The translations under genes and the position numbers were made by a program. Shown here in pieces: positions 12,446-26,867 of a DNA stretch of 64,000 bases. A model generated the notes under the pieces. The model ran no database searches, was not told where the DNA came from, and worked only from the letters and a program-made list of their open reading frames with translations. Numbering within the stretch: position 1 is the stretch's first letter; each line of letters opens with the position of its first letter. Source of the stretch: Phoronis australis (lineage: Eukaryota > Animalia > Phoronida); the NCBI GenBank assembly GCA_002633005.1, contig NMRA01000475.1:275130-339129 (forward strand), given 5' to 3'.

Positions 12446-15400
12446 GATAATTGGAATCGGAACACTTATTTGTATGAGGCGAAACCAAGCACCTTAACTG
12501 CTGCGTTTGTTTTTCTTATTTGTACATCATGCAGTTCTACAGCTATCCGTTAAAATTAAATGGTTACTTACACGCTCTTGTGTTTTCTTATTAACAATGT
12601 ACGGGCCGCGGGTGTAATCTTTGTATCCGAAATTGAACTCGATATTATTTTTGAAATTTTCGATTATACTTTTGTGCGAACTTAAACATAAATATAGATT
12701 ATTACATGGGGAAGTCGTTACATACCGTAATCTAGAGCCGGAGTAGATTTTGGAGAATTATCGCCCGAGGGGCGTTTTATGCTCGAGTTCATAAATGGCT
12801 TGCATGAATAATTGCCAAGTCCTAGTATAAACTTGATGACTAGCGGCTAGCAATAAGGCTAAAAGTTCGAATGTGAATTCGAAATTTCAAGTTTTTACTC
12901 GATTTTGTACTTCGAATCTCGGGGTCATCAAGTGCAAACTCATGCTTCAACCGTAATGTACTTAGTGACTCGGAGACAGGATAATCAGGCATTCATCTTG
13001 ACTTAAAACAAAGCAAATTAGAAAATGCAAAAACTAATTTAGAGTTCGATTTCGAGTGCAAAGATTACACAGCGCAAGCCTTAGTCATGTCTTAATACTA
13101 GAAATACAACTGATTTCTATACAATTCAAAACATCAAATAAAGCTTACATGGTCACACTTTTAATGTGTGAGTATAATACATCTGTATACAAAGCAAATC
13201 CGTTTTTGTATGTTGTCCGCCCCCCATCACCTTTGCCAGCAGGATTGTCTCTCATATCATCGTAATTGATTAGAGCGTGGACGTATTTAGCCGAACAAAT
13301 ACACTTGTTCTTTTTATAATTGGTATTTGTTGTTTACATCTACTACCCGTTTGTTTACATAGCAGAGCATTCCGGCAGGATATGTGTTAGATCAAACAGC
13401 TGCCTGCATGTTGTCCCTGAGAGCGCAAAATTATCAGTGAACAGCCTGGTCATAAAATACAGAACACGACACGAAAAACCACTCTATGAATGTATGTTCT
13501 GACCAAAGTCTCTCGAGATTTCATTGTATAGCGTTGAATCAGGGCAGCATATTAACAATACACTAGCCTTTCACTGATCGCTTGATTTTGCGTGAGCTTC
13601 TTTTCTCGCAATACTCTTGCGGCTACGGAACGCAGTCTACTTTAGGGCGTGGAATGTAATGTCGGTTATCGAAACTTGATTCGAAAATTGTCAGATTTCG
13701 AGTAAACTTACTAATTTGTATTCCATTTACGTGGGGCCTTGGTTAAATTTGGTCTGGGTTTGTGTCTAGGTTTTGAAGTCAAAACTGCGGCCAGTTACGT
13801 TTTATTCATCCGCATACGTGGATGTATACTGCTGTACTTGTGCGCCTTTGGCCGCTAGCATGATTGAAATTTGGTTTCTCACAGTGTTCCTATGAACATG
13901 ACGACGATTTTCGGATCAAATCGCCCTTCTGCTGTGGCACCTAGTAACACTTATATTTTAGCAAGTCTCCCGACGGATTTTTACGAGACTTGGCATATTG
14001 GTATCAAGAATGTAACAGCCCCATGCCACCGTCATCTTGTACGCTCCTCTTGGGCATTTCAGTGTTTCATTGTCCAATTTACTCGTTTTTTAACGTTAAA
14101 ACGATAATTAAGTGGCGGCCGCCAGATAATAAAATGTTTTTCTTTACTTCAAAATGGCAATATTGCCGGGCTTTGTCGAACCCAACCCAGATAAAATAAA
14201 CAAAGTTGTTAGCGATCGAATTGCAAGTTGTTAGTGTATTAACTTGTCGCTCCAAAACATAAATCGATGCATGTGCAGTTGGATCGAAATGAATGTGTCA
14301 ATTTCGTAATGTTTAAGTTCGAGACGGAATGAAACAAACACTTCTTGTAATAATTCACAGTAAGAATTAAGACTATGTAATGTCTTTAATATCCTAATTA
14401 GGGCTGAAGAACTGCCTTTGAATTCGATACTTTACACGATGCGCTGTCAAACTGGTCTCATTTAATACCAGAGGACCCTTTGCCAATTGGCTGAAACTGA
14501 TGATCTCAAGACAAGGATGAGTTAATTCGAACTAAAGATATTTTATTGCAGAATTTCTAATGTATGATGCCAGCTTTGCTTTACCTACGATTCTTTACTA
14601 TCACTTGCTAGAGGAAAGTCGTTACGACTGATACGACTTGCTGTTTAGTTCACGATCAGTCAATCGGTGGAAAACAAAGCCTACACTGTACAGCATGACT
14701 CCTTCAACGTAGAAGATAGTTGCCCGATAGATTCAGTAAAAAAGAAGGATTGAATTTAATCTATATTCATTTTCACTCTGTAGTGGACAATGCTGTCAAT
14801 TAATAGTAATGGCAATCGGGTGGACGGAAACGATTCCAATTCCCCGCCTTCAGATTTCAGCCTTGATCCCATAAAACACGAATCCGGATCGCGGTACACA
14901 TTCCATACCCGTCTGAACTTGACACATGCAGTGAAAATACCACACGCCTCAATGGCGTCCAAACTCCCTGCTGTGGTCCGTGATTGGTCGGCCAGGAGTA
15001 AGAAATATTTTCAGCGCGCGTTTGGAGTTTAGGGGCCCGAATTTGTAATTAGTACTGCGGGTTTGGTGTTTGATGATCTGGGATTCGGAGGTTTAGAGGG
15101 CGTCAGCATAAAGGCGCGTCTATGGAACCGTTTCTACCCCTTATTTGGCCTAATGGTTAAATAGCAGTATCAGTAATACTATAGTAAGAATAAGAGAGAA
15201 ATAACAACAGTAATAGTAACAATCGACTGTGATGCTTCCACAGGCTGGTTGGAAGAGCTCGTCACTGTGTTTGGTATAGTTTCGAAATCAAATTGTGTAT
15301 GTGCTACACAGCCGGTAAGTTTACAGTAAAAAATAAACAAACGCATTGCCACAACTAACATTCTGAAATCAGGCGCCATCTAATGTATAGCATTTTGCTC

Positions 15401-15564
15401 ATCTTATAATCCCTCCTGAGGCCTAGCCGAACGTATATGGTTCAACATCGCCTTCCCCCTGGTTGCAATTATTGGCATTTTAGGTCTGTACAATATCTGG
15501 ATAATAGAGAACGTAGCTACATATGATCATAGAATATGCTTAAAAGTTTATGTTAGTTCTGCCT

Positions 15565-15784
15565 ACACTGGAAAAGTCAACCAAACTTGAAATTTCCTGT
15601 TATTTTGGTAAGTTTTAAAACCAGTTTTCGTTGGCAAAATTCAAACCAAAGGTTTTGTTTTGCCAGTGCAGACGTTAAAACGCCAAACACGTTAGACTGG
15701 TTGTCCAAACTCATCAAAATATCAGCAAACACCGAGTTTGGCCGTGTTTGCAAACGGAGGTTTTGTTGAGTTTGCTAGAGTGTA
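15565..15784. mobile_element. Small palindromic MITE (TACACT...AGTGTA type)
   Basis: TACACTGGAAAAGTCAACCAAAC ... GTTTTGTTGAGTTTTGCTAGAGTGTA, with internal GGCAAAA/TTTGCC mirror motifs. Confidence 0.55.
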
Positions 15785-15795
15785 GATCAGGCGTG

Positions 15796-15936
15796 CGTTC
15801 AGTAACGCTAGGACTTACGCTAGGACCTAGCTAAAATCTAGCCAAAATCACGTGCTCTCATTTGAAATACACGGCAATTTCTCGCGTAATCTTACGAAGT
15901 CTTGCTTTTTAGCGAGGTCCTAGCCTTACTGAACGG
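15796..15936. mobile_element. ~140-bp hairpin MITE
   Basis: CGTTCAGTAACGCTAGGAC ... GTCCTAGCCTTACTGAACG inverted pair; CTAGGACC..GCTAAAA is mirrored by TTTTAGCGAGGTCCTAG. Confidence 0.6.
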
Positions 15937-16667
15937 GAGGCAGGTTTGCTTATTTATGTGTCTTAGCTTGACCCGTATGAGCCGGATGATTACCGAAATC
16001 CGGCGCCAGAACCTTGATAATGTTGTCGAGTTTGCAGTGAGCATCTTCGTAGAAAGTACTGCGTTTCGACAATTGCTTCTTGTAAGCTGTAAGAAACAAA
16101 AAAATAATTATTGGTGAAAAGATTCAAATTACCACTTTTTAAATTTTCAGGGACAAGAAAACGTTTCTTAATTAAAGACTCATGTAAAAAACGAAATTCA
16201 TACTAATACTCTAGAAATCGCCCACTGCTTTGGAAAGTGAGCTGGTGCGCTTTCGTAGTCGCATCACACGCGAGAAGAAAACACGCAGGTCTCTTGTAAT
16301 GCAAGGAAATATCTCCTGAAGATTCGCGTGATTTTCCGTTTTTGAAACCCCTTTGCCACCGCTGTCTGGGTGCAACAGTTTGAAAATCTTATTCAAATTT
16401 TCTATATTTAATGCTGTAGTTGGACAAAATTTCTTGAACTAGCATTTGATGCCATGTCTTTGTCCATTTTGGTCAGTCGCAGAAACATATGCCCGTATAT
16501 TCGGTTTGAGAGTAGAAATAATCATCGCTTTTATAGTGATATTGAAAGATTCGAGGTAAATTTTGAGTAACCTTGCTTATAAGTTACGTTTTACTGAGGC
16601 AGTGAATTGGAAAGAAGTCCTCCCTTAACGCAATTTCCTAAATGAAGTCAGAGTTTCTAAGATTTAT

Positions 16668-16815
16668 GGTGTAGTGCTCATTGGCGCGAGCTCCGGATTT
16701 CCGTTTGATAATACCCGGGTTCAAATCCTCGCTTTATAAGCAGGCAATCCAGCACTGCACAAAAGTGTCTCATCCCACTTCCCTGAGATTGGGTTTCCTA
16801 GTGAATGTATTCAAG
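16668..16815 (+). mobile_element. tRNA-derived SINE (same family as 61866-62007)
   Basis: A-box-like TAGTGCTCATTGG and B box GGTTCAAATCC (16718-16728). The body GCAGGCAAT...TGTCTC...CCCTGAG...CTAGTGAATG aligns with the minus-strand copy at 61.9 kb. Confidence 0.6.
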
Positions 16816-19122
16816 GAAATGAAAGAAAACCTGGATATAATGTGAAAGTGATTTCTGGGGGTGCTCTAATACTCAAAAAAAAACTTTTCACAGAATTCAA
16901 AGCGCCTCGCAGCCCTATTTAGTTTCTCAGGCCGCAGTATTGCATTATATTCAATTTTAACGTTTCAGTTACCCAGTGTATGGATTAGTTAACATGCTTA
17001 CATTTTATGACTGCTTTCACCACAGGTACAACAGCTTGGTACACGGCAAGTCGTATTGTTTCGGGAATCTGATAAACAAAGAATGTGTTTTGCTCAAAGC
17101 GAGATCATGGATATAAATTATCACTCATTGATGAATCCATTCAAACTGAGCGTAATCATACAAAAATTCGAGTTCCCCTTATGAGGAAAAACATTGCATG
17201 ATGCATAACTTATTTTTCCCTTTTCAAAAAAAGGAATATTATTAAATCCACCAAAATATTTTCTGTATTGAACCTCAACAGGTTTTTTTGCTATAGAGAA
17301 CTTCCAAGGTGAACCAGTGGTCAATAAAGCCTATTCAAGTCAACAGAAAGTTGGTCAAATTCGCCGTACCTCTTCTTGATGTTCTGCTAAATTTTCTTCT
17401 AGCAGCTGTCGATGTCTTTCATCCTAAATCACGTAATAACAACAGCAGCTTAATTACTTTACCAGTACATTGAGTTGAACTCTTATACCATACCGTGACA
17501 TTTCGCTAAAATGAATACATCCTCAGTGTAAGTTTCGAGTTTTAATGCATATGTACTGAAGTATAAGTGACGTCACCGGACATGGGGCAAAATCAGTGAG
17601 CGTGGTCAGTATCGAGTGTTGTGAATTGAGTATTTGATAGTTATTTTTTCTCGGTGCCCCAAACTATAAAAAGTCCGGGAGTTCTTGACAATTTTCGAAC
17701 TGTCTCGCACCCACACCCTCCTTGCCACAATTTTCGTGGGACTTAGTTGAAACAAGGGTCTAAAACCAAGAGTCTTACAACTGTTCTAATTACGTTAGAG
17801 GTCAACCACAGTTAAAGTAATTTATTTTTTGAAAAGCTTTTAGATTGTCAACTCAAAAAGACTTTAAAGGTACATGCACTGAATCACAAGTGTTCAGCTC
17901 CTTTCACATCGCAGTAAGTCCCGATCATCTGGTTTGGCGCCCGTTGGAACGTATTCAAGATCACCTTATAACCGTCCGTAGCGTACAAATCATCATCTTT
18001 TCCACATGACCGGACTAATTAAGATTCCACTGCTTCACCGTTTTCAATAAGCTGCATCGACAACTCGCTGCAATTACTTCAATCTAGACTAATCAGAGTA
18101 AGGGGTCAGACATAGTGGTCTTGATATAGAAAGAACTAAGTAATCACTGAATAACATGCCCGTTATTTAATTAGTGGAGTAGCCTAATCTGGTTCAGTAA
18201 ATCACGGACCACTGTATTCTACCAGGAACCTTACCAGAATCTCAGCTCGGTAACATAACCAGTTATAGTGCCATTTCTATAGTTTCTTGTTAGTTTTGCT
18301 TTGAGAAATATTTAAAGTTGGACAATTGAGAATACAATGAGCAACAACGTGAAGAGTGCGCGAAATGGCGGGAAATACTGCGTAATTACGTGAACTTTAG
18401 TCCGCTCACTAGTTCAGTCTTTTCGAACGTACTAACTCAATGTACCGTCCTAAATTTAGACTGGTCCAGATCACCGTTTACATTTTCTCTAAAATTATTT
18501 GTGGTCGAGAAAGAATGTTAGTCCACCGTTCTAAACGTGTAATGCGAAAGGTCCTTTAGCCTACGATCTTTCTCATTTTTTAGCCATTTGTCAAAGTGGT
18601 CGTCGCACCTGCCCGGGTCTTTTGTCGTGAGAAAATCGACCCACAGATAGTACAATCAAAAAGTTTTAGGTACTTAAATCCATAAAATTATTGTGAAATA
18701 TGTCTTAAGCTTGCACTAGCAGCATCAAATCAACGCATGAGTACTTTTCTGTGTTCGTAGCGCAATTCACCGTGACTCATGAGACTATTAAACTGGTTTT
18801 ATGTGGTACAAAAGAACACTCGGCGAAACACCAAGATTTTTCAAATGTCTTCATATTATTGCGTAGTTTCCGTGCTATTAAAGCAGCTCCTTATCTGCCA
18901 ATGAACACATTATGCGAACACAGGGGCCTTGACAGGGGATCGAATCCTTGGAAAAACAAATCCAGCGGTTGTTAAATGAATTCCTGTTGGAATCAACAAA
19001 CGTATGTTTTCTCTTAGTAACATTTAACGATAGACAATAAACATGATCAAGGTAGTAGCATTATACAAGACACCGAACACAGCTTGATAGGGCAGCGCAG
19101 ATAAATATCACAGCAGAGATAA

Positions 19123-19360
19123 CAGTGGCAGATCTACGATTTCAGTAAGGGGGGGGTTTAGGATTCGAGAGAATCCGAGGTGCGTAGCGCCGAGGAGAAG
19201 GAAGGTCGCGAGAGGGTTTCCCCTCCTCCCGTGTAAGATTTTTTGGGATTTTTGGTAGCTAATTTCGTTTTTCTGGCGATTTTTTTTCCAGTTTTTATTT
19301 TTGATCCTGTCCCGAGGGGGTGTTTAAACCCCCTGAACCCCCCCTGTAGATCCGCCTCTG
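19123..19360. mobile_element. 238-bp MITE with 5-bp TSD (GATAA)
   Basis: GATAA|CAGTGGCAGATCTA ... TAGATCCGCCTCTG|GATAA; G-run after the left TIR and C-runs before the right TIR. Confidence 0.8.
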
Positions 19361-20114
19361 GATAATACATCTTTACATGTATAAAACCGATTGTCGACCG
19401 TGTTAGTATTGACATAGGCATACATTGCCTCAATCATATCTTAGACGATCACAATTCGTTTACGCTGACACCTATTGGTTAACTGTTTGAACAATTTAGA
19501 AAAGTGTACTTGCCAAAACAAATCAGGCTGTTTCCATTTTTATTGACGGAAATGCAGTATTATTATAATTCTTTTTGCCTAAACCTTACCTTGGCAAATT
19601 TACTGATATGTTCTTCCAATGTACTTGTCACTTTGGACAAAGTGATATGCTTTCGTTCTTCGTGAATACTGGAATCACTCCCTAAAGTATTGACATAATA
19701 GCGTTGGACTATGTGCTTTTCATTTTGAGCAGCGACAAAGGGTGAAACACGGAAAATAACAAGAGCAATGTGTAGCTTAATCAATCAAAAGAGTAAATTG
19801 AGTTGGATAATAACGCATTGTCGACTAATGTAAATAGGCTCAATACGTTATCAAACTGTCAAAAATAATTAAGACACAATATTAAAGTTTATGTTTTGTA
19901 ATAGATGAAGTAGCATACACTTGTGTTTTATAATATCAACACGAATCAGCATCCCTTTATTTTTGATAAATAATAAGCTTTGAATTGTTGTCCCTTGGGA
20001 AAAAGTGTCGACCAAAATTTACTCTTGTTTACTACAGTCGTAAATCCTGGTTGGCCCGTGGGAAGACAGTAAGTCACAGGCGACACTTTCCTCCCATTGT
20101 CCATACATAGTTAA

Positions 20115-21759
20115 AGGAGCATGCCACCCAAAAAACAACCTAATTTGTATCAATTTAGATCGAGTAGTTCTACTCCATAAGGGCACGTACGGTTGCGTTA
20201 CCCAACACCTGACGGCAGACGAAGGTGTTGAAATTATCCAGTGACGTAATTGGTTTCACACGCAGTCTGTTCAGGAGTTCACAACACGGCCGGGTTACTG
20301 GTGTCAGCTTATTGCTTGAATTCATCGTTTAACACCAATAAATCATCAAACGTCGATGTTAACCCTTAAAAGTACACCGAAATCTTATAAAAACGTGTTC
20401 TTTTATTTCGCTCTTACGGATTTATTGGTGTTTACACACACTGAAGGTCTGTAGCACTCGAGGAGTTTGGGGTCTGTTCGGAGATAAATTCTGAATATTT
20501 TTCAGTGAGATACAGACAGGAAAACCTAAATCTGTGTTGTTTAAACTTGTTATTTTTTGAATTCTAAACACACAAAACGATTGTTATCCTGGCCAGTGGC
20601 TCGGAGCCCGATCAGGCCCGTCGCCGGCCGGGCGGGACCACTCCGGCTCGTTATCCCGGCCAGTGGCTCGGAAGCCGATCAGACATCACAAACATAAACC
20701 ATCTAAAGTTGGAAACTAATCTTCCAGTCAAGAAATACTAGTGAGCCAAAGAAGTAAAGTGCACGTGATTATTTTGGTGAATTAGCCACGAAACTGCAAA
20801 TCAACTTACTCGTCCGACCGGGGGCCCGCGAACTCAGGTTCCGCTTTGGCCACAGAACCGTCACGGCAGAAGTTTTACATTGACAATCATAATTTGAATA
20901 ATGTAAATGTAAATAAAGATTCCCTAACACCTGGCCGTGGTATAGAAATCGAATTGTTTCACAACAGTTCTGTTAGCAAACACTGAATTAGCGTGAGCTC
21001 ACACGGCCTCGGTGTCTCGTCAATTAGTTTTATTACAAATAAAGCCGTTAACGCATTGATTTATTCATTGCTGGCTTCTCACATCATTTCCACTCACGAA
21101 CATTCCAAAGGCATTCCAAATTGCATCTAATGAGACACACTTTGTTTCAGTTCTATATAAGTATTGGTAAAAGGATGAGAATAATTCATTTTGAAACAGA
21201 ACGCTCAGTAATAAACGTCAACACGACAACTCGCAATCCCGACTTAGACGAGAGCTCATTCCAACGAAGACTTCGCAGGTGGATCGTTAAGTTTCACAGG
21301 CTATCACTTCGAACAGGAGTACAGTGATGAAGAAACACTACCAGAGAGGCGCATGGATAGTTATTTGAAGCCGGCATTCGTCAGGCACTGTTCCGCGGCT
21401 ACTACAGGCCACAGACACGGAGATGTTTCACGGCCTCATACTTGCTATTTATAGCGTACTTTTAATTCTTCGCTACCACGAGCCCCTTCCTAAGCATTTC
21501 GGACTCTTAAGTAAGTCGAAAAAACGATATACCCGCTTTCCTCGCAGTTGCATCGTTCGGACAAGCGGGAACGATGCACCGCAACATAGCGGCATTAACT
21601 CTGCAAATGAACCACTGACGTCGCTGCGTCGTTTCTCACCTTCCTCACAGGTTAACGCGATACCTCTCGGCAAGGTAAGGTCGACCGCCTGCAAGGCGAT
21701 GTGGATATAGACCGATTAAGACGGCAAAAAAGACTAATTAAATCGGGTGGCATTCTCCT
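20115..21759 (-). mobile_element. Non-autonomous Kolobok-type DNA transposon (1,645 bp) with decayed THAP exon
   Basis: TTAA|AGGAGCATGCCACCC ... GGGTGGCATTCTCCT|TTAA. The minus strand at ~21587-21405 reads MLRCIVPACPNDATARKAGISFFRLT*ESEMLRKGLVVAKN*KYAINSKYEAVKHLRVCG (THAP pattern with stops). Confidence 0.85.
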
Positions 21760-22065
21760 TTAAGACACTTTTGCAGGAGCGTTAATTTACGACAGTACAT
21801 AACGCCTGTAAAGTGAGCTCGTGAATTACGAGCGTACCTAAAATACTAGCCTGTAGCCGTAGAATCTGCTTACAGTTATCGATTACACGCTGAATCAATG
21901 TCCTCGTTTTACTCTCGTCGTTTTACAGTTGTAGTGTACGAGGGTAACAACGAACATGACATTACGAGCGTATAACTTTAAGAGCTCATTGATGTACAAC
22001 CCGATCTCTCAGTGGATGAACGATTAAGATGGTAAATACTGGCGCTAAAAGTGTCCTTACGCCTG

Positions 22066-22230
22066 TAGGGGCGGATCCAGGATTTTGAGTTAGGGGGAGG
22101 GGGGCAGGACAGAGTATTAGTCAGGATTTTGGCCATGAGATACTCGCACTCCCGAACTGCCAATTGAAATCTGGGAGAATTTTAGGGGGGGGGCATGGCC
22201 CCCTTGGCCCCCCTCAAAATCGGCCAGATT
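22066..22230. mobile_element. Degenerate G/C-run MITE (AGGGGCGGATCCAG family)
   Basis: Left end AGGGGCGGATCCAGGATTTT resembles the 19123 element. The right end GGCCCCCCTCAAAATCGGCC is decayed and there is no clean TSD. Confidence 0.45.
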
Positions 22231-22759
22231 TCGCTCCAGCGATCAACGATAGAAAACGGCAAGTTCACAACCATTCCCACTTTGGAAAATCCTTTTTGTG
22301 TAGGCCATGGTATTTTGAGATTTCGAAACAGTTCGTTATTCGCTAGCTATCAAGCTACTTTGATTAAAAAGTTCAATTCGCGGCGCAAAACACTACATGA
22401 ATTCAGGAACTAATACTTTGAGTTGTTGCGGGGCCGCCTGACTCCTACTGGGTTTGATGATTGCTGCGAAAATTTCGACGCCCTCTGCCGGTGCTGATAG
22501 ACAACAACAGCAAGGTCTTGGATCAAGAGTCAGACAACTTATGTCTGACCCCTTCATCCAAAGAGGGATTCTTCACTGAAACCCAGATAGCCCCTCTGAC
22601 AAGTCGTTCAAACCAAGGACTCTCTCTGCCCAGTATACCCTCAGGTCCGGTGTCTCAAACAGGTGCCCCGTGCCACAAATCAAAAACTTCTCTTTTCACA
22701 CACAGGGGTCAGAATTAATTTGTCTGACACATGTTCCAGGGCCATGCGGTTGATGTTTA

Positions 22760-23232
22760 TACAGTAGCTAGCAGAAGCAGTAGCAGTAACATTAGCAGTA
22801 GGAGTAGCAATAGCAGCAGCAGAAGCAGTAGCAGCAGCAGCAGCAGCAGCAGTAGCAGTATCAGCAGTAGCAGCAGTAGCAGTATCAGCAGTAGCACCAG
22901 CAGCACTAGCAGAAGCAGTAGTAGTAGTATCAGTAGCAGTAGCAGTAGCATCAGCAGCAGCAGCAGTATCAGTAGCAGTAGCAGCAGCAGCAGCAGCAGC
23001 AGTANGCAGCAGCAGCAGCATCAGTAGCAGCAGCAGCAGCAGCAGTAGAAGTAGCAGCAGCAGTGTCAGTAGCAGTATCAGTAGCAGTATCAGTAGCAGT
23101 ATCAGTTGCAGTAGCAGTATCAGTAGCAGTATCAGTATCAGTTGCAGTAGCAGTAGCAGTATCAGTAGCAGTATCAGTAGCAGTATCAGTTGCAGTAGCA
23201 GTAGCAGTAGCAGTAGCAGAATCAGTAGCAGT

Positions 23233-23273
<41 letters not shown>

Positions 23274-23283
23274 CAGTAGTACC
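22760..23283. repeat. Compound (CAG/TAG)n microsatellite with (GTAGCAGTATCA)n higher-order block; contains an N
   Basis: Directly visible; it explains the poly-L/S/A ORFs. Confidence 0.97.
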
Positions 23284-25467
23284 ACTGACACTACTATTTC
23301 TACGGCTACTACTAATAGTTAAATCGTTGTGGCTCAGGTTAATTAGTCATCTTATTTTTATTTTCATTATTGCGCTTAAACGTAGTATTTTCTGCCAATC
23401 AGCAGTGAAATTGTTTAAAGACTGATTAGATTTCGATTACGGATTAATTGGTTTTGCCTAGAAGAGTCACCGGACCCCATTGTAAGCTAACCTGTCAGAA
23501 GTCCTTGACTCACGCTTGCGGGGCGACGTGTCTGAAAATAAAGAAAACCAAGGAAGCTCGTGTTGGTCGATACCTACATCATGTTTATAAATCATATAAC
23601 GCCAATTTAAAAATTCGAAAAGGACACTTGCTGTTTCGGTTGGAACCTAATGAAGATTTCAAAAACAAAAGTAAAATAACATTTCGTAAGTTGTCTGTTG
23701 GTCATTAAAAATGCCAAATACAGTGGAAATGTTTTCGTTGTACTAGATATAAGAAAGTGTTGTCCGTCAGTTCTGTCAGAGACCGATCACTGAGAAGGCC
23801 ACATAAAAGGCCAGTTCTATTCTGGTATAGTAGCAATACTAAGTCAAAGTTGGAAGCAAATTTAAATAAAGCTGTGATAAACTGGGTTCTTACCTGTTTT
23901 GATAAATCAAGACTTGCAACTGAAAATATAAAATGCCTTTATTTAAGGGTTTCCCTGTTTTTTGTTAAGTGCATGAGCAGAAAGTGACAATTTCTCTTAA
24001 ATGGACATTTCATTTTATTCTCGATACAAAGTGAGAAATAAACCAAGTCACTGAACCACTCAAAATTTGTGTTACCATACCAAGAAACAAACATGTGATG
24101 GTAGAAGGTAATTCAGTGAGCCCCATCAATGTTGTAGTTGGTGGGAGTAAGAGACAGTGTAGTTCATTATTATATGAGACCATGCTGAAGAAATCTGATG
24201 TCACCACGGTTGTTCGCGTCGATCGATCATAGTCTCATGCAAAAAATTAGTTGCATAACATACCCGGATGAAGGCGTGCTGGTTTAGACTTAGAAACAGT
24301 TAGATTTGACTCCGCCTGAGGTTCGAAAGATGACGCTGGAATTTCACTGAAACAATGAACACAGTCAAACGGTTGACAATGGGAGACTTTCGGGAATCGG
24401 TGTAGAATGGCTTTTATTGCATTAATGACCCATCGTTCGTGTGCCGCATGTCTGTTTTATTCGTAAACTCATGTGAAGGTCCTGATACTGAAAACGTGAC
24501 TGTAATTAAACTTTTGTAACTGTCTTTTGCAGTGTATTTATGCCAGTTAAATTAAACAATGACTGTGGTTTAATTTCTAAGGAATGAATTAATCTACAAT
24601 TAAAATTAGATACTTACTGGACAAATGCATCGCTGCACTACCATCGTATAACACATATTAGCCGACACAAACTGTCACGATTAATGGTAACAGAAAGAAT
24701 GTTTAATAAACTTAGTTTTTAAAACATTTTAACCAACTTGTTTCTATGTCCAAACCAATTGTAAATTAAACGTTATTTTTGACACTTCAAGTGACAAGGA
24801 GATGAACTTTCGAATTTAGAGTTCGGTCTGCACAATTACAAAATAAAGGCACGCCTCTTGGCTAGTCAATGTAAGACAGTTCTATTCTTTGGCATTAATT
24901 ACGTAAAATGCAAGTAACTTCTGAAGAAATAAAATGCATTTTGAGGAAAGTGAAGCATTGTACACAAAAAGTGCATTTTTTTAACGACCCCTTTTGGTTT
25001 CGGGAAGCTGTTGGATAACTCCAGTACCTTTTCTGTTTTACCGTCTGAAGCGCTTCACAGTTCTTGTCTAGCTGTTGATACCGGTTCCCTCTGTTCATAC
25101 CGACAGCTTCTCTGACATTATCGTTTGAGTCCTGTACGAGCAAGTCCCGAACTCTTGCAGTGCTTTCTAGAACAAAATTATACAAATTACGAAGTAGATA
25201 TCTTAAACTTGGAAGCCGGCCGCCGTGGTGGCCCTAAGCTGAAGAGTTCCTTTCCACGAAATAAAGCTTTAAACAGATTCTCTAGAGTATATATGCTGAG
25301 TATCCTATCCCGAACACTTTTGGAGCTTTTGTGAATGAGATATATTAAAAGAAACGAAAATGCGTTCATTGTTTATATCTCCAACGAAAAATGCATGAAT
25401 TATTTTATCACCCAATGCTTTTTAAAAGTTGAATGAGGGCAATTTGGTTCATCACAAAGATATTTAA

Positions 25468-26739
25468 AGGGAAAAAACGTGTGTAGAAGTTTTATTTCTA
25501 TTGAATAACACATCTTATTTACACACTGCACTTGAAAAATTGAACGTGAATCGTCTGGATTCATCGCAAAACAAGGCTGTTTCTCGGTCCGTGAAACCGG
25601 TGTCTGGTCTCAACAATACATGTCGCAAACACTGTCACTTGTTGAGCGTGGTAAACAACCTCGGATTATGCCGAAAAATAACAACCATTGTTGAAAATGA
25701 AAAGCTCTTAAGAAATTTTACTGATCATTGCTGTAGGCGGAACTATTAGTGTGACCTCATTATGAAATGTCGTGGGCTATTATTAAACGTCAAAATAACA
25801 AAAACCCAACGTAAAATCAAGTTTTTAAATTTTGATAATTTGTTATTGGAAATGAGAATCATATTCAGTTACCCAATGTCGTAAAAACGACGGATTTACG
25901 GCTTTTGGCAAACCTCACTTAACTAGAAACGTGACAATTAACAATTGAAAAACTAAAACTAAATAGAAGAAGACCAAATCAAATTAGATTTAAGCATTCC
26001 CTTCTTGATGATGGTTCTGCAATTTGTTAATTATATACTTACGAGTAATGTGGAGCTCATGTTTTAGAACCTCTTTATCTTTATCCTTCTTCGGTATGTT
26101 TATCCTACAATTGATATTGATATCCATGTGACGCTGTTTTTTTTTTTAGCTTGTTTTTATTCATGGGCATTTGCGTCGAATTGTTTCTAAGTCAAATTAG
26201 AGATAATTTCAGGGCTTTGAAGGAACGGGCAGTTGATTGGTTGAGACCAACACGTGACCTGAAGTTTCATTTGATGAGAAGAAATAACAGACTGTAAATT
26301 CATTCCAAGTTTACAGGAGATCACTTCTATATTGAGTAACCAACAAGATAAGACCATTTTTATTACGGCAAATGGTCAAATCAAAACTTGTTCTTTACAA
26401 GATAAAAATATATTTATTCTAGAGATGTTACTTTTCCGATGTGCGTCAGTTGTTCGACTCGTCTTCAAATGCACACTCAGGATAATACCTTTTTTGGCTT
26501 TTTTACCTGGGCTTCGATCTGCACTACTGTCCGTGTCATCGGCCATTTTGCAATCCCCAACAAACTGCTTATAACGTCAGCGTCTCGATTTCTATGAATT
26601 CTACTGCAAGTACCACCGAGTTGATCGGAAGTCAATTTCTAATAAAATCACAATAATGCAGCGTATTTTTTATGTTCAAAGCTGACAACTTCAAGAAGTC
26701 TGTCGTAACCAAGGATAATCACAAAATGCGTTTTCGCCC
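25468..26739. mobile_element. Possible old Kolobok-type element
   Basis: TTAA|AGGGAAAAAACG ... CGTTTTCGCCC|TTAA (short imperfect TIR). Inside is a minus-strand AAAATGGCC start (MADDTDSSADRSP) ending at a CAG|GTAA donor near 26507. Confidence 0.3.
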
Positions 26740-26867
26740 TTAAAACCGATTGTGTTCTTTTAAAGAGTGCTGGTAGCGTTCGCTAGTTATTCTTTCTCAT
26801 GAGATTTACATTACTACAAGTACATTTTGCTTTCAGGGAACACTTTTTACTCTTCAGGAAGATTTAA

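Noticed and set aside
12140-12553. Six overlapping repetitive ORFs
   Set aside because: By-product of the stop-free 17-bp repeat.
21760-21768. Extended target preference TTAAGACAC (same as at 62728)
   Set aside because: Only two of the TTAA junctions share it and the others differ; too few to support.
22680-23425. Poly-Leu/Ser/Ala/Val ORFs of up to 203 aa
   Set aside because: They are translations of the CAG/TAG microsatellite.
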